A stretch of DNA of 64,000 bases from Tubiluchus corallicola (taxonomy: Eukaryota > Animalia > Priapulida): the NCBI GenBank assembly GCA_030141605.1, contig JAQGDQ010000209.1, positions 1 through 64,000 of the forward strand. The letters run 5' to 3'. The notes beneath the pieces were generated by a model, which saw only the letters and a program-made list of their open reading frames with translations, was not told the origin of the DNA and ran no database searches. Made by a program: the position numbers and the translations under genes. Positions 50,201 to 60,300 of this stretch are shown piece after piece; within the stretch, counting starts at the first letter, position 1, and each line of letters opens with the position of its first letter.

Positions 50201-52872
50201 TCATTGACATTTGCTGTTGCATCTTTGCGAATGCAGGCTGCACCTTTTATATTTGTGCTACTTGCTGTGGTTGGCAAAAGAAAGAAAAGGAGACCTTAAA
50301 AACCAGGTAAGTTTCCATTTTTGTATGTTTAGATCAATTAAATTTTGGTGGATAATAAGAATAAAGTCTGTGATGGTATAGAATGGAGAAATTACTTTTT
50401 GCTTGGACAGAATTGGTCGGCAAAAGTACGTTTCACATTTCTATTCACATTCAAAATTTGAGCATACTAAGTTGCTAACACATGTTAAAATAATACGTAA
50501 CGAACAAACTGCGACAAATAATATTAGTGCATTATAATATATATTACAATTATTATTATTATTATTTTCAAATTTTGTGTAAATTTTAACGAAATTATCA
50601 CTTATTGCTTATATTTTTTGACCACTTAATTCAGACATCCATATTATATGTAAATGAAAGCACAACTACTCTAAATGTTGCTCAGTATTGTTTTTTTGTT
50701 ATGCAAACATGTAAATTATGCTTAGTCTCAAAATGGCTTTGCTTTCGTCCAACGTCCACTGTCTAGCTGCTAGATTCAAGCGTTCATCTATTCTGCAGCA
50801 GTTTAATTGTGCAATTTGTCTGCTTTCTCTTCCTAAATGTACAGTAGAGATTTTTCGGAGGGAGGTGAGGAAAATCCTGTTATGGAAACACAAGCAGACG
50901 AAGATAAGGATGAGTAAGAAGATTTGTCATCCTTCCTTAGTAACTCTCTCTCTATGTGTGTGTTAGCTGTAGAATCATTTTTTGTTTGCATGCGAATAGC
51001 TTCTTTTTATGTAGAAACTCATAAATTAGATAATATAGATAAAAATTGTTTTAGACACTTATTTTAAAGATCTGCACATGTCAACTTCTGTTCATACAAT
51101 ATGTGAACTTGTTTATACACTTATCCCAAAAAATTCTCATTTAAATCTTTGTGCTGATGCACATCATTCACTTATTACTTCAAAAATTTTTTTGAAAAAA
51201 CACTGTTTTCAGAATATTCATATTTGCTGTTTCAATAATTAGCGACATAGTTAATTACTTGCAGTTAATTGCAATGTATTGGTTTTCGAATTGATTACCT
51301 TGACAGTTAACACGTTAATTAATTTAATTTATGGCACTTTATTTTACTGAATTATTAAACATTTTGCTGTTATGGTATGGTGGTACATCTTAGTGTTTCT
51401 AATTATGCATGCTTCTCTAGTAGAACTAATAACATTAAGCATCATATTCAAGGTTTGGTAACATTTGGTAAAAATTTGTTTTTTCATTACGTTTGTGTTG
51501 GAATATGTGCTAATTTGGTTTGCAGTAACTAATAGCAAAATAGTGGTGCTCTATTTTTTAAAGAACATTTTTATTGACAAATAGTTTATTTAAAGAATTT
51601 GCCATAAGTTTACTTCATACTATGTAAATGTCACTAAAATATATCACCAGTAGAAGTGTGGGCGAGCTGAGGGGTAGCCTCTCTCTGAGGGCCCTCAATT
51701 TCATTAGCCTAGGTGCCGTGCCGGTCATAAGTTCATAACGTCATAAAAAGGTCATAATCCAGCCCTGGTAATACCAGGTGACACCAACGTCACACTTTGT
51801 AAATTGTAATTGTATTTTGCAAAATGAATTTATTCATCATCATCTAAAGTTTTGTTTGATAACTCAGTTGACATTTTATTTTCATTTCTTTAGCAACCTG
51901 CATGTGCTGTTCACATTATGTGTTATCATACTGCTTCGTACATTATAACTGAACGTACTCGGACTGTGTGAATAAAAATCCGCTGAATCTTCCTTTACAT
52001 GTCATTAATTGTTACTTTGTTATTACAGGCCAGAAATCACTATTGTCAAGAAGGAAGTTTCTGATGAAGTAGATGATGATTTTTCTGACGTAGAAGAAAC
52101 CGAAGAGTATGATGATGATGATGCCAAACCACGTGCCTCTGCACAGAATAATAATAATAATGATGGGTCGGATTATCCCACGATGAAACTTCGAGATGCT
52201 CATTCGCGAGCAAGTGGTGACAGCGATGTGAAGAAAGTTCCAGATTTCTATGGCGATGATGATGACATCGGCAGCTCTAGGGATTTGCAGTTAAAAATGG
52301 CTGCCGATGATGATAGCGAGGTGGTTGGTTATCCTTACCATCGTTCACATGAAGACATTGATGAGCGGCTGGCATACAAGCCCAAAAATTTAGGATCTAG
52401 CGAGTTTGATGAGTCACATAGCCAACCGCCCGTAATCCATCCTATGGTGTCTTATGTACACGGATTTGAAGAGAAACCAGCAAGTTACCATGGCTCCAGA
52501 GACCTGCATCAATCTGAAGGGCTTCGAGGTCCTTACGGATCACACGAACTCCATTTAGACGAGGGTTCGGCCTCACGTGATTTGTCTACCCCACCACCTA
52601 GACCACCTAAGCCAAAAAAGCATCGCTCACGAGAATTACAAGACGAGTCTTCGATGAGCTACGTTTCAAGCGAGTTTTCCCATGAACCACGTCGGATTGG
52701 CCAGCCTAGGCCGTACGGTTCCCAGGAATGGCAGCAGCCACCTGTTCGGCCTGCGCCACCACGACCACCACCAATGCCGCCCACCATTCAGCAACATCCA
52801 GACTATGAGTATGATCAGGAGTATCGGCCCTGGAGATCCCAGGAGGGTGGGTTCAATGAGTCGTCGGTTTAG
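23211..52872 (+). CDS. NCAM: Neural cell adhesion molecule / Fasciclin II / apCAM-like receptor (signal peptide, 5 Ig, 2 FN3, TM, long cytoplasmic tail), ~1113 aa
   Basis: Exons 23211..23259, 25911..26094, 27084..27238, 33225..33356, 34404..34534, 34753..34872, 35792..35972, 37890..38041, 39767..39888, 40822..40919, 43362..43546, 44610..44706, 45178..45351, 45815..45933, 48175..48306, 49615..49813, 50108..50306, 50845..50913, 52029..52872; 3342 nt in frame. Ig motifs C..sG.P.P...W and D.G.Y.C; FN3 motifs NGGLPITGY and SGGRPIDHY; NCAM-type TM GVMGIVIVCIIFLLVIIDICCC; C-terminus ESSV. Confidence 0.93.
23976..25649. mobile_element. MITE family A copy split by a ~1 kb insertion
   Basis: Left half 23976..~24182 and right half ~25185..25649 are collinear with 731..1400; flanked by TA/TATA. 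Confidence 0.8.
24183..25184. mobile_element. Probable solo LTR nested in MITE A
   Basis: Insert ends ...atcaca and begins catgat (degenerate tgtgat); flanked by acaac/ataac (5-bp TSD with one mismatch); internal AATAAA on the - strand; no convincing protein. Confidence 0.45.
26743..26933. mobile_element. pogo/Tigger-like MITE (TA TSD)
   Basis: ta|caatcaaatctcattata...gttgtaacaaggtttgactg|ta; second copy ends at 55282. Confidence 0.7.
27545..28225. repeat. Dispersed repeat (probable old LINE-derived fragments), direct copy at ~32915..33185
   Basis: tcc.tgaact..gtt.ttt.gtagtcactgcttt... and ggaat.aacca.c...ccatacaaacaaa.c.tt.tc.ctct blocks are shared between the two sites. Confidence 0.55.
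27763..27885. ncRNA. Inverted pair of degenerate Penelope-type minimal hammerhead ribozyme motifs
   Basis: - strand: tacag CTAATGA aatctgtgaaggac GAAA gctcc. + strand arm: tacag CTGATAA agtccatgaaggac. Arms 27777..27810 and 27852..27885 are inverted repeats. Confidence 0.55.
30213..30400 (+). mobile_element. Non-LTR retrotransposon reverse transcriptase fragment
   Basis: VLLLDMSKAFDTV.R..L..DL..IL.PDE.H...ILL.DV...G..G..FNTN is the LINE RT segment that precedes the (missing) GVPQG motif. Confidence 0.8.
30405..32120 (-). mobile_element. Academ-like DNA transposon relic
   Basis: Broken frames LEHFVVPLYEK...ARKNVLTRTGR and SDSGWKRS..VIWE...EACQQLIKCC resemble the Academ transposase C-terminus. 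Terminus TAGTTTAGCC at 32120; repeated gccattttg motifs. Confidence 0.6.
32167..32709. mobile_element. MITE family B with clear TIRs
   Basis: gggccatccacatataacaatatcaagtt ... aacttgatattgttatatgtagatggccc. Confidence 0.85.
34060..34360. mobile_element. Repeat family C partial copy
   Basis: Direct homology to ~10110..10332. Confidence 0.65.
35399..35766. mobile_element. MITE family D
   Basis: aataagcctttttacagt ... ctgggaaaaggcttatt TIRs. Confidence 0.8.
36111..36621. mobile_element. piggyBac-like non-autonomous element (TTAA TSD)
   Basis: ttaa|ccctttcactac ... gtaatgaaaagg|ttaa. Confidence 0.65.
36679..36713 (+). ncRNA. Minimal type I hammerhead ribozyme motif (Penelope-like element remnant)
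   Basis: cag CTGATGA aatctgtgagggac GAAA gc TT ctg followed by aataaa. Core boxes are intact, stem I is cag/ctg, and stem II has mismatches. Confidence 0.6.
39405..39549 (-). ncRNA. Second-family hammerhead-like motif in an inverted repeat
   Basis: - strand: CTGAAAA t GACTGC aagct GCAGTC GAAAC (perfect 6-bp stem II). The opposite arm keeps CTGAAGAt.actgc; arms ~39432..39481 and 39507..39549. Confidence 0.5.
39905..40270. mobile_element. MITE family D (reverse orientation)
   Basis: aataagcctttttacagt ... actgtgaaaaggcttatt. Confidence 0.8.
41993..42360. mobile_element. hAT-type MITE with perfect 8-bp TSD
   Basis: GAGTTAAA at 41985..41992 and 42361..42368; termini cacgggcgc / gcacccatg. Confidence 0.85.
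49846..49943 (+). pseudogene. Diverged intronic copy of the NCAM-like transmembrane exon
   Basis: GVIAIVIFCSILLIEVCCCI versus true exon GVMGIVIVCIIFLLVIIDICCCI; also alignable at nucleotide level. Confidence 0.75.
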
Positions 52873-54925
52873 ATCAGTATTTTTTGTGTTGTTAATTTTG
52901 TTAAATTTGGCAAATGATTGTGGCAAAATTTTATTTCTACAGTTAAGTAGAAGGAATTATTTGTTGTCAGTGTGATAGTTATTTAATTTTTCGTGAACAT
53001 TCATTTGTGATTCCCAAAAGTGAGCAAGTTTTCATTTTAAAATAATCCATTCCAACCTTGATAATCATTCTATAGAATATGAAATTTATAACATCTAAAT
53101 GCAATTATTAATTATATGCATTTTTATACAATTTTACAACAGTCTAGTGAGATTTTAGATAGTTTATCATATGATCGTTGTAGTTAGTAAAGAGATTTAT
53201 GAGTTGTCCACTTAATTTACCAATGTAGTGTTTTTGTGGTATGTCCATTTGTGCATAAATAGTTTGTAGGTTTATTTGTTCGTTTATGTAATTTGGTAAC
53301 TTGTCACTTTTTGTTACATATAATTGTTTATCTGGTTATTGATTACTGAATTCCTCCAATTTCTTAGAGGTGTAATTAAACAAGTTTTTACAGAAATAAA
53401 AATCATTTGTATGATATATCTAAGTGCGTTTTTGGTTAATTCCCTCCTGTTCGCTAATTGTGTGATAATTAATTGGTGTAAATTTTGTAAACAATTTAAG
53501 ACCAACAGCTGTTTTATGCAGTAGTAACTTTGATGCAATTAGGTTTACGGCAGCTATGATAACTGTAAAACAGTGTCTTGTATCACATTAACATGTTTAA
53601 ATAGTTGTAATTGTTGTACATGTATTTCTAATTGGCAAAATGTTTTATGACATTTTGAAGCAAGAAACTCTAGTGTATTTACTGATTTGAGGCACAGCTT
53701 AGGATAATGTATAAACTTACTACTGTATAAAAATCGTTACCTCGGATCTAGTTAATTCTGTTAATTGATGTCATCAGATCACAAGTCTGGATGGGCTTCA
53801 TGTACTAAGGTTAACCCTTATTTCATTTAACACAAATATACTTTCCGTCCTTAACGATACAAGATAAATAGGTTTTTTTATTCGTTTTGTAATTATTATG
53901 TAACCTCACAAAGTAGACCAATACATTCCAAATGATTTTGAAATGTACTGCTGCTATAGACAAGATTGCTTAAATAGAAATTTAAAACGAACATTTTTTG
54001 GCACCTGCTATTAGTTGACTTTTGTTAGTTTTTTGTATAACTTGGTGTAGGTATAAATTGGTGACATAACTTATTTCACGAATTCATAAGCAGCAGTTTT
54101 GTTAGAAATTTGATGTCTTCAAACTTTTGTATAGTCGCAGTTATGATAAGAATAGAATACATGGTAATATGAATCCAAGTTGCTCTAGACTGCACATCTT
54201 GCAAGATTAGAAAAAGCACTTCTTCTAATTGACCTCAATGATGCAGTTATAAATGTTTTTTCAGCTTTATTTTTTATATATTGTGGTGTTGTTTATCATG
54301 GTAGACTGACGATGTACACTGCAGTTGAAAATCTTGGTTGCAGTGCATTTCTCTTCCCTGTTTAATTCCCAATAATTTTTCAAGTAGCTGGGTCCAGCAA
54401 TTACGACTTTTTGTCAATAAAATGTGATTTTTTATGTTTACATTTTATAATTATTCCAATGATTTTTTATCTTTCTTTCCCTTTTGGAATTTTGTATAAT
54501 TCAGTGTTGTTAATTGAAATGTTAGTTCGCGCGCAAAATCATGCCTTCCTCGATCATTACTAAAGATACTTTTAATTACAAACATTCTACATTTTTATTT
54601 AGATGCATTTACTGTTACCTGATTTCGGTATGTCGGGCTAAGTTCATTTAACCACTGCTAATAATAGATAGACCTGGTTTAAAGAAATAATGCTTAATTT
54701 ATATGTGCCAGTTACAGTAATAGGTAGCAACTGCTTGAACTTACCTTATCCTTTTCTGTCATTTTCAGATATTATAATGGTATAATGTGAGAGTACATGT
54801 ACTATTGGAGGCCTATATTGTTGTTATTACGTTTTTGCATTATTTTCATGACACATTGGTATTTTATTGTACAATATTACAATGGAAATTATTTTTAATA
54901 AAAAAATGATGCAATATTTTTAGTA
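52873..54925 (+). other. Probable long 3' UTR of the NCAM-like gene
   Basis: AT-rich stretch with no recognised repeats; AATAAA at 54416..54421 and 54897..54902. Confidence 0.45.
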
Positions 54926-55124
54926 AAATTCATTTTACTGAGTTCCAATGACTATGTTTTGAATTAGAAGCACAACGTTTAGACGCATTGAGTTTAGTAA
55001 CACAAATTCGTATGGCCTGAACATTTTGTAGCTGCACACGGTGCTTGTGCTTAATTGGGCCTATCAGTGAGAATTGATGAAATACCATGGTGCTACCTCA
55101 AAGTAGGCGGCATAAAAGAGCCAA

Positions 55125-55282
55125 ACCTGCAAATAAGTTGGCGTTATAATCAGTCTGGCATTATAACGAGGTGCATTGATACATACTGTCTATTGAAATA
55201 TAGACATTTTGTTTTGATAAAAATTTGGCCGTTAAGTGAGGTTGGCATTACGAGGGAGGGGCGTTATAACGAGGTTTGACTG
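55125..55282. mobile_element. pogo/Tigger-like MITE partial copy
   Basis: Ends cgttataacgaggtttgactg|ta; homologous to 26743..26933. Confidence 0.7.
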
Positions 55283-55949
55283 TATATAATTTAACCACAA
55301 ACAGCTTAATTTTGGAGTTCCTAACTCATAAGCCCCATTTACACTTCGAATCGAGAAGATACTGGAAACGTCCAGAACTTGTGTCCCTGGTTACACTTGT
55401 CTCTAAGTTATTAACCTGGCTCACACTACGCAGAAAATACTCTACGCAAAGTCCTCTTTTTAGATCTGGATCTAACATAAACAGTACGAGTCAAAGGGAG
55501 TCCACTACGGGTAGTGGACATTTTGTGACTATATAACTTACAGTCGCAGAAGATGTACATGTCCAGAACCTAGTGTGATTTTATATTATAGATAGGACAC
55601 ATAACTGTAACTATTTGCTATGCTATGCTGTCACAGCACAACCCTGACCAAGCACTTTTTATTATATGCACGAACCCAACAGCGTACTTTTAAGGATAGA
55701 GACAAAATAAATCCACGCATCCAACAGGGTATAAATGGACAAAGTCACCAAAGGTGTAAAAGGGATTAAGAGGTTAATTAAGTTTTAATTACAAACAGCT
55801 TTACCTTTTACCTAGATATAATTTATCTATATGTTGATATAATTTTACCCAGGGATAAAAAGGGATTAAGGTTAATCCACCACCGTCTTAAAAAGGCAAA
55901 TCTTGAACGCTTTTTGAAAAGTAGAAGTCTGTTGCAGTAACATTGCTTT

Positions 55950-56497
55950 CTTCTTCCCTGGGATCGGAGTAGCTGTCGCCAAGGTGGTTTTTCTACATTG
56001 ATGTGAACAACCATCCCTGAAGTCAACATAAGTACAATTAAGCGGGTCCAGGGCGCATCAGTATCTTCGCTGTAGTGTAAGCGTATAGGGTAATTAAAAC
56101 ACACTGTCAGGGCCCTTGCATGCAAAGAGAAGTGCTTGGTAGGAGCAACGCTGTACCCGCTAAAAAGCGGGACGGAACGGGTGTATGTTCTATATTGAAA
56201 ATAAATTGGAACTGCGGTTATGTAGAACTGAGACCACTTACAGGAGGTAACCGTCTAACGTCCAGTACGTACCCAATATGTTTTTTCCTGCTATGAGATT
56301 AGTTACATTAGACCCGGATCTAAGAAATCTAGGACGGTTAGAGTATTTTCTATCTCGATATAGGACGATTCAAGGGCAGCTGACTAGATGACCAATTGGT
56401 CTTTCGCTGCCCTTTCTTGACATTTTTGTTGCTAAATTAATTGTATTGTAACTGTGCGTGTGCTAAAAGATAAATAAAAGATTATTATTATTATTAA
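55950..56497 (+). mobile_element. CR1/L2-like LINE 3' end with (TTA)n tail
   Basis: Degenerate IKRVQ and LDPDLRNL..L..F peptides, gactagatgaccaattggtcttt motif, then aataaa and (att)n. The 5' boundary is uncertain. Confidence 0.5.
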
Positions 56498-57325
56498 AGG
56501 GGTCGTAGCGACTTCTTTGACACTGCAGAATCGTGCAGCTTTGCAGCGTAATGTGAAAATATTATTATTCAAACCAGTGCGTCATTTTAAGTAGTTGTAG
56601 ACTTAATTTGTAACTAAAATTCTAAATTTTTAATATTTCTTGTCAATTGTCAAAACGAACCAATTTTAGTTATCTGTCAACCAGACGTCGGTTTTTTGTA
56701 TATGCAGCTAATTAACTATCTATAGATGAACTCTTTTCGACTAGAGACTAGACATTACAGCCATGGATTCGTGTTGATTATACTGTTGATTACGGGCTAA
56801 GCGAACATGCTCATAGAACCCCACATTTTTCCACAAAGTAATTGCCAATAATAACATTTAAATTTTATTAGAGTTGGTGCGGCAATCCTATCATGGCAGG
56901 CAAATGAAATCACCATCATTCTTAAAAGCCATTAACAAGCTTAGATTGTACAGTACCTGCAATCCATTGAGAAACACTGAAATCATTTGCATTTCTAGAT
57001 TATCATTCAGGTCTTTCTGTGGAAAAGCCTACTACTCTAGGTTGACAATTTGCCAAAATCCATTTTGACGCCAGGTTGAGTCGTTGTGGTTTGCATGCGC
57101 AGTCATCCGCGGCATGATACAGTAGCATCGTTGTGAAGCGGTTGATTTCGCGGCAACTTCGCTCATTAGTCATTACGCCGGTAGCACCAGTAAACGTGTA
57201 ATTCAGTGCATGTGTAATCCGTGCATCACTTTGAAAGTGACCGCAAATACTTAAATTGTTTTTAACTGAATGTGAACAGTTATTGTGACTTATCTGATTA
57301 AGTAGGATCTTCACAAGTAGCAACT

Positions 57326-60300
57326 ATGTTCACGCCGGCAGTTGGGACGTTTCTGATGCTGACTGGACTTTCAATTGCAGGTAAGCTTTGCTCACGTTGC
57401 TTTTGTGTATGACATTTTTGTTTTCTAAATTAAGTGGTAATGAATGCGATTTTCAATTTCTCCCGTTTCTTTTCTAAGACAACGCTGTTGCTTTCGTGTT
57501 GTTTGACTCATTACCTGAGTCTTCATGAATGGTACCTGAGATTGAGCCACCTTTGTTCTGCCTGGAATATTTCTGTTTAGTTTTCAAATTTAATGCTGGT
57601 TATATATTTATTGTATAACCCAAGACCAGATATTGTGCGGGTGAGAAATGGGGCACGAACAGGATATTAAGTTAGGTTTTGCGATCACAATTAGTTAATA
57701 GGTATACAATATACATAATCATTTCCCACCTTGCCAGACAGGATATTGAGTTAGGTTTTGCGATCACAATTAGTCCATAGGTATGCATAATCATTTCCCA
57801 CTCTGCCAGAAATTTAATGAACACTTCTTTTCAATCAAAGCAGTCGTATTTGTAGGTTTTTCTTTGTCTCGTTTGCTTTCTGAAAATAATTAAAAGGGTA
57901 TAATTAATTGTGCATTTAGGTGATGACCCAGACCGAGTCAGTCCGTAAGTGCGTGAAAAATCTGCGTGCCGTTTTTGTAATAAATGGCTGTTTTGTATTA
58001 AAGTTGGTATTATGAGTTGTGGACCAATTGCTTCCTCCACCGCGCGTTCAAAAACTTCATGATTGTTTTCTGTACATGTTTAGTAAAGTAATTACATGCA
58101 CACTCACTTGTACAGTGTACAGTAACCAAATTGCATGCAGTAGCTGCACGTGGTGTTTATTGTTAAGAGTTAATGTGTATTTAGTAGACAGTACAATGGC
58201 GTGCTGTTGTCGTGCACATATAGAGTAGTTCACTGCATTAACTCGCCCAGTTTGAGCTGTAACCGTCAGCACAAGGGAATGTGAACATACCAGTTTATAG
58301 CCCTGAGAAACTTTCTTCCCAGGTATTACCTATTAGCAAGAATTAGACTTCTGCGCAAGAGGTTATTTAAAACTGGTCAGCCTGTAATGTGGTCATTCGC
58401 ACGTGCAAGGCCAGCGTGAACAGTTTCTGTGTAGGCAGCCTTTGTTACCCTGAACTGTGTCATCCATGAGGCGAGGGCATAAAATTGTGCATAAAAAAGA
58501 GTTCTACTTTATGACAACTAATGTGGATAAATTTTTCGATATTTAACACTTATATAAATTACTTACCCTTTGACAACAGCTTTGTTAAATAACTTTATAC
58601 AGTTAAGTATAAATTAATATAGAAAATTCCACATGTTTGGTTTTTATTTTCTATTGTTGCATGTTTAATGAAAAACACGTGCAGTAAAAAACACGCATAT
58701 CAAGTGGCCGTTTGTATTTTAATATAAGATCTAACGTGGTGCTGTGCGCAATGCATGAAATGAATTCATTTGATGAATATTGCACATCTAATCATAGAAA
58801 CTTCTTGGTCTTTCATTTCAAAACTGACTGGATGTCCCAGAAATGCAGTAATTTGTTTTTTCCCTCATCATTTTTTCTAACTTAGAGTAGTTGTGCATAT
58901 ATATATGTCAATATGATTTGTTTATAATTTTGTGCTACGTTTTTCTCAAAATTAGTATTACTGATATTGTTTTTGAATAATGTATCCAATGTTAGATATA
59001 AAATTTACCCATATGCTATGTAACTAAGTATTTGTGCAATAAAACGTACTTGAAACTGAATTGATCTGTTTGTTTATTTTCGATATTTTACTTAATCATG
59101 TTTGTTCACAAGTCTCTGCTGCCTGATTAAATTTTACGTTTTACCTTATGATCTGACATTAAATGAAGATTCCGTCATATTTCTTATGTGGCAAATTGAA
59201 CGTTTTAAGTAGCGCTAGACTTTGACGTGTTTACTACCATCTACATTCTATCGAGATTTATAATCTTGCTATAAATATGTTTTCTCCGGGCGTTTTGCAT
59301 TTTTGTCATTTCCCTTGCAGTGCCTTTTCCTTCCCGGCTGATGTGTACAGTTTGTCATGGAAAAAGTCTATCATGATGTGTATTTTTTAATAAAACGAGC
59401 TATGTAATGTAGACGAAATGCTAGATAGTCTACAGAAATAATTTAGGTTATTTTACCGACAAGAATTCACTTTGATGGTGACTGGTGAGGTAAAAAGATA
59501 TAATCCACTGAGTGTAGAGTTGCTCATTTTATTGGTGTTTCTGCTATGTCTGAATGTGTTTATCAGAAAGCAGCATAGTCAGTAGAGAGATCGTACCAGT
59601 TAGCGAAGCAGCTCTGAGGAACAAAAATCTACTCGTGCATAAGCTATTGTCCATAGAAGTTGTCAAGCCATAATACATCTCGTGCACTATTATAATACTG
59701 TGTCCACATTGCACAGTGTCTGAACGTTTTGAGAACAGCGAAAAACTGAGATATTTGACATTTGTTGACATGTACTTAAAATTACTATAAAATATATAAA
59801 AATTATACGTGGCATATGCTAGTTGTGTATCTACTGTAGATAATTTATATAGTTGTTTTGTCTGTCAGGATTACTTGAAGCCCAGCGTGGGCAAGCTTGT
59901 TGTTTTTGACGATTGCTACACTGGGTCATCCCCGAAAAACCAAATTTTAGCTGCCAAAGTATCAATGCGAAAAGTGAAAGCCTAGCCACTGTTTACATAA
60001 CACTGGCGAAGCATTAGATAATGCGCAGTTGCATCTTGTATTACAGGGCCTGGTGAGACTAGACAAACAGCTGTCCTCGTCCAAAAACATTCCAAAAAGT
60101 ATCCGTTTCCGAGTAAAAATTTCACGCCATGCCGTAGAAGTAGCGCGACTGGGAAGTTTTGAAGAGCAGCGATAACTGCGGCGAATTTGTTTTGTAAAGA
60201 GAGTTCGGAGGTCTGAAAAATACCACTGGCCAAACGTATCGTCAAAAACGTTAAAAAACGAAACCCAACTCCAGTAATGTTCGGTATGCAGGACTTTGCA

